Shown here: positions 36,578 to 48,290 of the stretch, piece after piece
Numbering within the stretch: position 1 is the stretch's first letter
How the letters are laid out: each line of letters opens with the position of its first letter
Source of the DNA: Eledone cirrhosa
Lineage: Eukaryota
DNA length: 64,000 nt
Direction of reading: 5' to 3'
Assembly: GCA_964016885.1 (NCBI GenBank)
Contig: OZ024764.1
Location: 7,316,001 to 7,380,000 of the forward strand
The notes under the pieces: model-generated
Databases searched by the model: none
Seen by the model: only the letters and a program-made list of their open reading frames with translations
What the model was told of the DNA's origin: nothing
Program-made: the position numbers and the translations under genes

Positions 36578-38887
36578 GCTCACAGCTGCAGTTTGAATGA
36601 GCTTGCAGACAGCATAACTATAGCCTGACTGCAGCGGTGTGCAGGCAGATCCTAAAAATAGAAAAATCCAGTCAACTGGGTCAAGGACAGCCAATTAGAA
36701 TCTTATCTTTCCTTCACCGATAACAATGTATATCTTGTTTGAAATTATTGATTCAACCGTAACTGTATTGATTCAACTGAAATTGTATAAATAATATTAC
36801 AAATAAAAAAAAGAAGCGAGTAGATCACACATCTAGGACTACATAGAACACATAATCAGATAATACACACATCTAGGACCACATAGAACCCATAATCAGA
36901 TAATACACACATCTAGGACCACATACAACACATAATCAGATAATACACACATCTAGGACCACATACAACACATAATCAGATAATACACACATCTAGGACC
37001 TCATACAACACATAATCAAATAATACACACATCTAGGACCACATACAACACATAATCAGATAATACACACATCTAGGACCACATACAACACATAATCAGA
37101 TAATACACACATCTAGGACCACATACAACACATAAGCAGATAATACACACATCTAGGACCACATACAACACATAATCAGATAATACACACATCTAGGACT
37201 ACATACAACACATAATCAGATAATACACACATCTAGGACCACATACAACACATAATCAGATAATACACACATCTAGGACCACATACAACACATAATCAGA
37301 TAATACACACATCTAGGACCACATACAACACATAATCAGATAATACACACATCTAGGACCACATACAACACATAATCAGATAATACACACATCTAGGATC
37401 ACATACAACACATAATCAGATAATACACACATCTAGGACAACATACAACACATAATCAGATAATACACACATCTAGGATCACATACAACACATAATCAGA
37501 TAATACACACATCTAGGACCACATACAACACATAATCAGATAATACACACATCTAGGACCACATACAACACATAAGCAGATAATATACACATCTAGGATC
37601 ACATACAACACATAATCAGATAATACACACATCTAGGACCACATACAACACATAAGCAGATAATACACACATCTAGGACCACATACAACACATAATCAGA
37701 TAATACACACATCTAGGACCACATACAACACATAATCAGATAATACACACATCTAGGACAACATACAACACATAATCAGATAATACACACATCTAGGACA
37801 ACATACAACACATAATCAGATAATACACACATCTAGGACTACATACAACACATAATCAGATAATACACACATCTAGGACCACATAATCAGATAATACACA
37901 CATCTAGGACCACATACAACACATAATCAGATAATACACACATCTAGGACTACATACAACACATAATCAGATAATACACACATCTAGGACCACATACAAC
38001 ACATAATCAGATAATACACACATCTAGGACCACATACAACACATAATCAGATAATACACACATCTAGGACAACATACAACACATAATCAGATAATACACA
38101 CATCTAGGACCACATACAACACATAATCAGATAATACACACATCTAGGACAACATACAACACATAATCAGATAATACACACATCTAGGACCACATACAAC
38201 ACATAATCAGATAATACACACATCTAGGACTACATACAACACATAATCAGATAATACACACATCTAGGACTACATACAACACATAATCAGATAATACACA
38301 CATCTAGGACAACATACAACACATAATCAGATAATACACACATCTAGGACCACATACAACACATAATCAGATAATACACACATCTAGGACCACATACAAC
38401 ACATAAGCAGATAATACACACATCTAGGACCACATACAACACATAATCAGATAATACACACATCTAGGACCACATACAACACATAATCAGATAATACACA
38501 CATCTAGGACCACATACAACACATAATCAGATAATACACACATCTAGGACAACATACAACACATAATCAGATAATACACACATCTAGGACAACATACAAC
38601 ACATAATCAGATAATACACACATCTAGGACTACATACAACACATAATCAGATAATACACACATCTAGGACTACATACAACACATAATCAGATAATACACA
38701 CATCTAGGACCACATACAACACATAATCAGATAATACACACATCTTTGGAATATTGTTAATCAATTTTTTTAGTAATCTACTGATATAAAAATCAGTAGT
38801 ATATTGAAAAAGTGAAAAAATAGGGTGGCGGGTCGTTTCGTGATTTCGAGGGACAAAAGTTTGGCCTAAATGGGTTGAGAACCTGTG
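36578..38887 (+). mobile_element. Deleted non-autonomous copy of the 7568-10187 hAT element, with the 40-bp minisatellite expanded to ~48 units (36815-38745)
   Basis: 36590-36830 is the reverse complement of ~9740-10045; 38742-38887 is the reverse complement of 7568-7715, ending TTGAGAACCTGTG followed by CTATAGAG; transposase absent. Confidence 0.9.
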
Positions 38888-39735
38888 CTATAGAGGGTTG
38901 ATCCGCAGCAAGTGCGATGACGTGCTCGGTGAAACTCTGGGCGTAGAGGAAGACGAACTGGCCAGTCTGTTCGGTAGGACCTTCCGCCCGGGACCGATGG
39001 ACAACTTCCAAAAGTCCCTGGCCTGGCAGTGCTACCGAGGAGCTCTACCAGTTCGAGACAAGCTCTCCAGACATGGGCGCCCGGGCAGGGACCCTGCAAA
39101 AAAATCTGTCCGAGACGAAGAAACCGTCACGCACGCATTCATACGCTGCCCGGGCGTCAGCGACCTGTGGGGCTATGTAGAACGACTATTGTCGCGGGTG
39201 GGACCAATTCGGTTGACCACCGAGTCCATTGTCATGATCAAACCGCCACCCTCCTTCAAAAACGAAGGAGAGGCGGTTTTCCTTTGTGTGATAGCTATGG
39301 CGAAAGAGGTTGTATGGTGGACGAGGTTAAAACGGCTGAGGTCAGACACCTTTCTCTCCGGCCAACAACTGATTCTGTTTTTCAAATACCACTTTGGAAG
39401 AAGAATCAGGATGGAGAGAGAGGGGCTGTACCCCAGCAAGTTTTATGAAAGGTGGGTGAAAGTGGCGAGAATGGCCCGAGTGAATGGGCCTTCTCTCTAT
39501 ATCAGCCTGTAGGTTGAGGAAAGGGGTACAAACTCTTCGTACTCCTGGAGATGAGGGTTGCACATTTATTTTCGGGGGTATGTGTTACCCATATGAAATG
39601 CCTACCCCTATTGGGGAAAATCGACTAATTTTTAAATTACATTTGTGATAATATTTTACACGTTTTTATTGTATGTAAACTTCCCCCTTTGTATTTGTCC
39701 CCCTTCTGTTGTGCCCCTGTGGCAAATAAAGAAAT
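38888..39735 (+). mobile_element. L1/Tx1-clade LINE 3' end (degenerate CCHC zinc-binding region plus 3' UTR)
   Basis: ORF 38898-39512 (LAWQCYRGALPVRDKL...EETVTHAFIRCP.V..LW); AATAAA at ~39725. Confidence 0.75.
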
Positions 39736-40204
39736 ATATCTGTCTATATATCTGCCTGTAGATGTGTGTATATGTAGGTTTACACCTCTCTTGTCTATAT
39801 ATTTACCTGTAGATGTGTGTAGGTAACTAAAGTGTAACATATGTTACCAATGGACGACTAAATTATTTTAACTTGTTTTTTAAACAATTTATGGTGGAAA
39901 AGATTTCAAATTATCTCAACTCTGGCAGCAACTCCTGGTGTCTGACACTCTTACCGGCTACATAGCCTCTTCCTAGTAAAAGCTGTAAGATTGTATTACA
40001 TTTCTAAACATTTATACATCGTAATTTAGATAATCAGGAATAAAGTTGTTTATTTGTGTTGTTGTTGTTAAAATCTGTTTAAGCTGAGATATTTGAGACA
40101 ATATACTGGACAATGGAATATCAATGTCTGACTTGCAACAACTAAAGTTTTCACTTTAATTAAAGGTGGGTTAATTACACATGATCACCATAACGTTTTA
40201 TATC

Positions 40205-41735
40205 CTGTCATCACCTCCATCTCTCTCGCCCTCCCCATCTCTCACACGTACACCAGCTCCCCCAACAAGGAAGGGCCGATCTCCCTCTGTCATCACCTCC
40301 ATCTCTCTCGCCCTCCCCATCTCTCACACGTACACCAGCTCCCCCAACAAGGAAGGGCCGATCTCCCTCTGTCATCACCTCCATCTCTCTCGCCATCCCC
40401 ATATCTCACACGTGAGAAGTTTTAACAAATCTTCAATATTTGTAGACATAATACTTACATTATTTCATACTTTACGGCCCTTGCCATTCTGAGTTCAAAT
40501 CCCGCCGAGGTTAACTTTGCCTTTCATCCTTACGGGGTCGATAAAATAAAGTACCAGTAATGCACTGGGGTATTTGCTGGCCTTGTGCCAAAAGTAGAAA
40601 CAATTAATTCATACTTTCAAATCTTTAAAACATACAAAGACATTTCGACAACTACTTCCGGTGGAGTAGTCTACCACTGCGCATGGGCACTGACAACGTA
40701 ATTGTGTCTGCTTTTGGCACAAGGCCAGCAATTTAAGGGCAGTTGGAGTCGACTATATCGACCTCAGTGCGTTACTCAATACATGGTATAGTAGAGTATG
40801 AAAATATACTCTTGACAGGCGTAATGTGTTCGAACACGGAAGAGCCGAACTCCCACTGTCATCACCTCCATCACTCTCGCCCTTCCCATCTCTCACACGT
40901 ACACCAGCTCCGAACACGGAAGAGCCGAACTCCCACTGTCATCACCTCCATCTCTCTCGCCCTTCCCATCTCTCACACGTACACCAGCTCCGAACACGGA
41001 AGAGCCGAACTCCCACTGTCATCACCTCCATCTCTCTCGCCCTCCCCATCTCTCACACGTACACCAGCTCCGAACACGGAAGAGCCGAACTCCCACTGTC
41101 ATCACCTCCATCTCTCTCGCCCTTCCCATCTCTCACACGTACACCAGCTCCGAACACGGAAGAGCCGAACTCCCACTGTCATCACCTCCATCTCTCTCGC
41201 CCTTCCCATCTCTCACACGTACACCAGGTCCCAACACGGAAGAGACGAACTCCCACTGTCATCACCTCCATCTCTCTCGCCCTTCCCATCTCTCACACGT
41301 ACACCAGCTCCGAACACGGAAGAGCCGAACTCCCACTGTCATCACCTCCATCTCTCTCGCCCTTCCCATCTCTCACACGTACACCAGCTCCGAACTCCCA
41401 TTGTCATCACTCTCGCCCTTCCCATCTCTCACACGTACACCAGGTCCCAACACGGAAGAGACGAACTCCCACTGTCACCACCTCCATCACTCTCGCCCTT
41501 CCCATCTCTCACACGTACACCAGGTCCGAACACGGAAGAGCCGAACTCCCACTGTCATCACCTCCATCTCTCACACGTACACCAGGTCCGAACACGGAAG
41601 AGCCGAACTCCCACTGTCATCACCTCCATCTCTCTCGCCCTCCCCATCTCTCACACGTACACCAGCTCCGAACACGGAATGGCCGAACTCCCACTGTCAT
41701 CACCTCCATCTCTCGCGCCCTCCCCATCTCTCTCT
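40205..41735. repeat. 80-bp minisatellite (40831-41735, ~11 units) and a related 82-bp array (40205-40412)
   Basis: Unit CGAACACGGAAGAGCCGAACTCCCACTGTCATCACCTCCATCTCTCTCGCCCTTCCCATCTCTCACACGTACACCAGCTC. Confidence 0.95.
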
Positions 41736-41739
41736 ATTA

Positions 41740-42040
41740 TGAGCAAATGAGGCTCCACATGCTTGCCGGCTCACAGCCCTGGCAGACAGAATGGAGAAGG
41801 CGTTTCCCCGGAGGATGGTAAGTGAGATGAGCTGGAAGAGCCATTCCATGTCGCGAAGCTCACACCTTCGGCGGGCCAGTCAGCACCTATGGTGGTAAGT
41901 AGGGAGGTAGCCCTAGAGCCAAGGATACCAGAAGTCTCCACTGCCAAGAGCACGACAGCAAACCTGTCAGAGAGCGACCAGTACTTGGAGAGTTTGGCCT
42001 CCTCAGCCCGAAGTGCAGCAGAACCTAGGTTAGTCACAGA
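41740..42040 (-). mobile_element. CRE-like restriction-like-endonuclease fragment
   Basis: GSAALRAEEAKLSKY..LSDRF....LAVETSGILG; after a frameshift WLFQLISLTILRGNAFSIL. Confidence 0.8.
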
Positions 42041-43520
42041 CTACACCAGGTTGAGAAAGTGTCTCTGGCCTCACTGTAAGCGGTACAGAGTTCTTCCCTC
42101 ATCACCTCCGTATTCTCCTTTCTCTCCTCCGCAGGATCAGCATAGAATTGGTCCTTGGCAGCTTTCATGTGTTCTCTGGCTGCACACACCTTTGGGCCTG
42201 CAGAGCTTACGTGCGTCCTCTTTTTCTCCTTAACACCAGGGTCTCACTTGCTTCCGCCACTGCATTGGTGAAGTACCTGTACCTCCTCAGTCCCTCCAAT
42301 CTCTCTCCACACAGAGCACTGAACCTGTTCCTCACTTCTACTGTGAACCTCTCCTGCAGCTTATCATCTTCCTTGAAAGCTCTCCGGGGCTGAGCCTTGC
42401 TCTTTCTTAAGCTCACCCGGACCTCACTCATAACAAGCCGGTGGTCACTGCCCAGTGTACTGAAATAGTTGTATGGTTCTGTGTTCAGAACACTATTCCG
42501 CCACAGAATGAAATCAGAGATGTAGGTCCACATCTTCCCCTGATTCTTCCTAAACCTTAGGTTGGTTGCCATCAAGTTCGCTTCTAGCAGGGCGTCTCTC
42601 AGTAGTCTTCCATTCTGGTTGGTGGTGTTATGGAAGTACTAGCAAGGATCTTCACTGCTCTCCTTACTCATGTGCATTGAAGTCCCCCAGAACAAGCAGG
42701 ATGTTGTGTGCTCTACACACTTCATGGAACTCTTCCGCACTCACATCACTGGCTCCCTCAGTTGGACTATAGGCTGAGATGACAGTCTTGGGTTTCCATT
42801 GAAGGTCACCCTCAACACTCGTGGGGAGACGGGTACGATTTCCCTCACCAATAGATTGGTTTTTGCATTGAAAACAAAACCCACTCCTACTGCAGCATTT
42901 GTTGTGTTCCTCCTCCCAATCATCACACTCCTCACGGGCTCATCGTGTAGGATCTGCATACCACTCTCCTCGAACAGATGACCCAGCTCCTCTCCAATGT
43001 CCGAACAGTCCTCACATTTGGAGTGCTCAATTTAATGGCTCTTCTGCAGGACAAAACTGCATTCTTTATATTTGTCTGAGACAGCTGATCCATCACCCAC
43101 TGGCCCTCCCTGTGGCACTCAGCCAACAGAGTCATAACGACCAGACTGATCCTTGACTGTAGTTAGGGGCTCTAATCCTAGTGCTGTTAAATCCACTCCC
43201 CTTCGTTCTTTTCAGTGGCTGATAATACCTTACCAGCACCACTTGAATAAGGTAATTATTTAACCCATAAAAGGGGCCCTGACAGGTACTCATCATCATC
43301 ATCACTCGTCGAGATGATGGATCTCACTCTCATGCCCCAGAATCCCCTGTCCCCCCAGGTCCTGTCTGCTGATTCCCGTATCCCTAGAGATAACGTCAGG
43401 GAATGACAGCTTCCTACTCCTAGTCAGGGTTCCAGAGCAAGAGAGCGGATATGATTTCATTGCTGGCACGGTGACAGTGGCCAACAAATTGAGCTCTCCG
43501 GGATTTTAGAAGGGCAGATC
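42040..43520 (-). mobile_element. Second RTE-type family: APE region (42040-43135) and a separate 3' end with (GAT)n tail (43290-43520)
   Basis: NVRT, GVGF, GDFNAH and LGSDHRLV motifs; RRAQFVGHCHRASNEIISALLLW; CATCATCATCATCA at ~43291. Confidence 0.75.
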
Positions 43521-43629
43521 TGGGAGTGATAACAACTAAGGGGTAACTCCACAATCCCCACAGCTCCTGAACTGGAACCTTTCCACCTGGATGTAGTTTA
43601 ATGTCATACCCAGGACTATATATCATAAA

Positions 43630-44410
43630 TATGGGCTGAGGACAACAACATGCAGTTTAATGCTGGAAAATTTCAAGCCCTACAATAAAAACCTGTAAAC
43701 AGCTACACTGGACCAGGAGGGATCGAAATCCCCGTGTTGAAATCTATACGAGACCTGGGAATAGACATGAGCGACAATGCATCTTTTTCTTCACACATCT
43801 TGAGGGTGGAGACAATGTGCAGCTGGCTCGATCTTGAGGACTTTCCAGGCAAGAGACCTATGAAGGACATTTGTCCTTAGCTGCCTGGACTATTGCTCCC
43901 AGCTGTGGTCACCCCATAGTATCAAACTAACCACAGAGCTTGAGGCAATCCAACGTAGCTACACCAAGAGGATTGCGATGGTAGACTAAAAGAACTGAAT
44001 CTCTACTCCTTGAAATGAAGACAGGAGAGATATACGTGTGGAAAATCCTAGAGGACTAGCACCAAACTTTGACATTGAGAGCTGGACCAACCCCCAGACA
44101 GGACGTCACTGAGTGGTGCCAAAGATCCCATCTTTCACATCTAGAATAAGGAGCAGATATTGCAATAGTCTGGGTTTCAAAAGCCCTCAACTCTTCAATA
44201 AGCTGCCAAGAAATTTGAGAGATCTGCATGTGGATGTTTACAAGAAACATGTTGACCCCTTGCTATCCAGAATCCCGGATGAGCCCACAGCACGGTACGA
44301 TGGTAACCTAAGGGGCAACAGCAACGAACTCCCTTTTGCTCCAATGGCCAGCCAACACAGGCTGGAGATAGAATGTGTAGCAACAATCGTGGTGCCCCAA
44401 CCAGATAAAA
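43630..44410 (+). mobile_element. Degenerate CR1/Jockey-group LINE 3' fragment
   Basis: WAEDNNMQFNAGKFQAL, RDLGIDMS, LDYCSQLWSP, LEAIQRSYTKRI, QLFNKLPRNLR. Confidence 0.8.
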
Positions 44411-44460
44411 CAATTATATATATGTGCATATACAATTTTATATATATTTATTAAAATAAC

Positions 44461-45940
44461 ACCTCCTTTGGTGACTGTACAGGCAGTACACATGTCTGTC
44501 CATCTCACCTTTGGTGACTGTACAGGCAGTACACATGTCTGTCTATACCTCCTTTGGTGACTGTACAGGCAGTACATATGTCTGTCTATCTCTCCTTTGG
44601 TGACTGTACAGGCAGTACACATGTCTGTCTATCTCTCCTTTGGTGACTGTACAGGCAGTACACATGTCTGTCTATCTCTCCTTTGGTGACTGTACAGGCA
44701 GTACACATGTCTGTCTATACCTCCTTTGGTGACTGTACAGGCAGTACACATGTCTGTCTATCTCTCCTTTGGTGACTGTACAGGCAGTACATATGTCTGT
44801 CTATACCTCCTTTGGTGACTGTACAGGCAGTACACATGTCTGTCTACACCTCCTTTGGTGACTGTACAGGCAGTACACATGTCTGTCTACACCTCCTTTG
44901 GTGACTGTACAGGCAGTACACATGTCTGTCTATCTCTCCTTTGGTGACTGTACAGGCAGTACACATGTCTGTCTATACCTCCTTTGGTGACTGTACAGGC
45001 AGTACACATGTCTGTCTATCTCTCCTTTGGTGACTGTACAGGCAGTACATATGTCTGTCTATACCTCCTTTGGTGACTGTACAGGCAGTACACATGTCTG
45101 TCTACACCTCCTTTGGTGACTGTACAGGCAGTACACATGTCTGTCTACACCTCCTTTGGTGACTGTACAGGCAGTACATGTGTCTGTCTACACCTCCTTT
45201 GGTGACTGTACAGGCAGTACACATGTCTGTTTACACCTCCTTTGGTGACTGTACAGGCAGTACACATGTCTGTTTACACCTCCTTTGGTGACTGTACAGG
45301 CAGTACACATGTCTGTCTACACCTCCTTTGGTGACTGTACAGGCAGTACACATGTCTGTCTACACCTCCTTTGGTGACTGTACAGGCAGTACATATGTCT
45401 GTATATCTCTCCTTTGGTGACTGTACAGGCAGTACACATGTCTGTCTATCTCTCCTTTGGTGACTGTACAGGCAGTACACATGTCTGTCTATCTCTCCTT
45501 TGGTGACTGTACAGGCAGTACACATGTCTGTCTATCTCTCCTTTGGTGACTGTACAGGCAGTACACATGTCTGTCCATCTCACCTTTGGTGACTGTACAG
45601 GCAGTACATATGTCTGTCTATACCTCCTTTGATGACTGTACAGGCAGTACACATGTCTGTCTATACCTCCTTTGATGACTGTACAGGCAGTACACATGTC
45701 TGTCTACACCTCCTTTGGTGACTGTACAGGCAGTACACATGTCTGTCTACACCTCCTTTGGTGACTGTACAGGCAGTACATGTGTCTGTCTACACCTCCT
45801 TTGGTGACTGTACAGGCAGTACATATGTCAACCCTACCTCATTTGGTGACTGTACAGGCAGTACATGTGTCTGTCTACACCTCCTTTGGTGACTGTACAG
45901 GCAGTACATATGTCAACCCTACCTCATTTGGTGACTGTAC
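44461..45940. repeat. 43-bp satellite (~34 units)
   Basis: Unit CCTTTGGTGACTGTACAGGCAGTACACATGTCTGTCTACACCT. Confidence 0.95.
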
Positions 45941-47779
45941 ATATTTTAGTGGAAGTATTGTGTGTCACACCTCAGTCTCCTTCTCGAAGGTTTACTGCTC
46001 TGTCTGGCTTGTAAGATCTTCTCTGTGGCCAACGGGATGGAGTGTATTTACACAAGGTCGCAAAAAATCGGTTAAAAAGACATGTCTCACCTGTATAACC
46101 TTCAAAGGTGTTTAAACCCTCTCGCTGGAGGGTAAACAAAGTGGTTTAAAGACATGTCTAACTTGCGGCTCTATCGTAAGATCTTGTCGTTATCAAAGGA
46201 TCCTCAAATGTAGAACAGGGTCTCCATTGAACTTCGATAACCCTAGAGTGATCCTGGGAAGGCTATGATCCCTCATCCTAGAGACGTGCTCTGCCCAGCG
46301 TATTTAGTTCAGCTTCGTGTTTAATCTTCCACACGTTATTACAGTCTACCAAATTCACTGCTCCCCTTTGCCAGTCTGTTGCTGATTTCTCTGTTGATCT
46401 TGGCACCCCAGGTAGTTGAAATAACGTCCCTGATATACAGTTCAGTCTCGCCAATGTTGATATAGGGACTCTTCTAGGGTGGTACTCTTCCTGAGGTGCA
46501 GGCTGGTGGAATACTTCCATCTTCTTGAAACTTATAGTCCAGAGAGCAGCAAGACTCTTTCTCTGTGGTAAAAGAATGGGCCTGTCTTTTAACGTCCCTC
46601 ATATACAGTATATTATGATAGCTGGCCCTCTATACGGCTGCTGGTACATTTAATGTAAGGCGGAGACTGTCTTACAGTGTATTGTTGTAGCTGCCCCTTT
46701 ATACGACCCATAATTACATCTGTCCCTCACTCTACACGGCCCACAGTTGCAGCTTATAAAAAGGTGGACCTGTCTTTTAATGTAAGTGTGTTTGTCTTGT
46801 AACGTCCCAGATATAGAGTATATTGCGGTAGCTGTCCCTCCATATATCAGCTGGTACATCTAATATAAGGTCTGTTTGTCTCTGTCTTTTAATATCCCTC
46901 ATATACAGTATGTTAGCTGCTCCTCTCTACATCCCAAAAACTGGGGTCATCTGTTAATGGCACACCCTTAAACCCGGAGTCCATCAAGGTACGTATTAGT
47001 TACATTTGTATCTATATTTGTAATTATTCGTTGATGAAATAATATATGTAAACGGAATAAATGGAAGTAATTCAGGTGTGAATATATTTTTCATTAGAAA
47101 ATTGTTAATGTGTTGCTGGTGCTATATGTGTTGTTACGGGGTGTAGTTATGGTTGTCAATCGAAAACCGATGTTTATTGTCTTATGGATCGTTGGGTGAC
47201 TGTACATATGTCAGTTCCTGCCTCCTTTGGTTACTGTACAGTGTTGTGTGTAGCACACTTCAGTCTCCTTCCAGGACTGAGAACACCCAAGTTAAATTTC
47301 CTCCCTCTCTCGAAGGCTCAATGTCCTCTCTGGCTTGTAAGATATTCTCTGTGGCTAACGCTCGCTTAGGTGGCCAAAGGCATGTAGTGTATGTACATAA
47401 GGTCGCCAAAAAGGCGGTTAAAAGACATGTCTAACCTGTATAATCTTCTATGGTTATCGCTCGAATGTAAACAAAGCTGGCTACCCTCTCACGTCTAACT
47501 TGCGTCTCTATCGCAATATCTTGTAGACATTAAAGGGTCCTGAATTGTAGAAAGGGTCACTATCGAACTTCGATAAACCCCCATAATTAAACTCCCCAAA
47601 CAATCCGTTGGCAGACATCAAAAACCCCGTCTTCGTAGCACCACCAATGCATTAATAATTGTCTTATGAAAAAAATATTTGAATCCAGAATTACTTCCCT
47701 TTGCTCCGTTTGCATATATTAATTTTTTTTTGATCAAAATTTTTCCAAAGTAGCCATAAGTACCACTATTTAACTCAGT

Positions 47780-47942
47780 AGAATTGCGGCCTTCGCGGTG
47801 GCGTGCGATCTGCGTCTCAGACTACCAGTCCCCCTGGCTGGCGTTCGATTCGTAGTGGCGTACGACTGCATCGGCCTGGGACTATTCGGGGCCGGCACAT
47901 AGATGCAAGGCCCGTCCCTGACCACCGTGAAGAATTCTTTTT
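47780..47942 (+). ncRNA. Candidate structured Pol III small RNA (~163 nt), family unknown
   Basis: GC/CpG-rich island; B box GTTCGATTC (47843-47851); weak A-box-like TGGCGTGCGATCTG (47799); ends pair (AGAATT/AATTCT and CTTCGCGGTGG/CCACCGTGAAG); inner stems AGTCCC/GGGACT, GGCTGG/TCGGCC, TCGTA/TACGA; TTTTT at 47938-47942. Confidence 0.55.
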
Positions 47943-47944
47943 CA

Positions 47945-48290
47945 AATTTCATCTAATATGCAAATGAGCTTGAAGTTCATTTACATATTAGAAGAATTTT
48001 ATTAGAAAGAATCTTAATATATAGAGAGAGAATCTTAATTAAACTCTTGAAGCTTCATTTACATATTAGAAAGAATCCTAGTATATAGAAAGAAATTTGC
48101 ATATTAGAAGAAAATTTTTTTTAGAAATATATTATTAGAAAGAATCTTAATTACACTCTAATATGCAAATGAGTAAATTTACATATTAGAAGAATTTTAT
48201 TAGAAAGATTCTTAATTACATTTTTGAAGTTACATTTACATATCTAATATGCAAATGAGCAAATTTACATATTAGAAGAATCTTAATTTT
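47945..48290. promoter_or_regulatory. Octamer (POU-site) cluster, partly duplicated at 53232-53350
   Basis: ATGCAAAT at 47958, 48163 and 48249; ATTTGCAT at 48095; several ATTTACAT variants; recurring TAATATGCAAATGAG. Confidence 0.55.

Noticed and set aside
36815-38745. CRISPR-like regular periodicity (also the other arrays)
   Set aside because: Head-to-tail units with no unique spacers, no cas genes, eukaryotic context
40743-41821. 335-aa and 331-aa overlapping ORFs
   Set aside because: Produced by an 80-bp repeat with no + strand stops; the three frames cycle the same peptides
47787-47826. Resemblance to the 7SL/Alu 5' end, or to a tRNA
   Set aside because: Similarity is limited to ~35 nt around the A box; no S-domain, length far short of ~300 nt, and no cloverleaf acceptor stem after the B box
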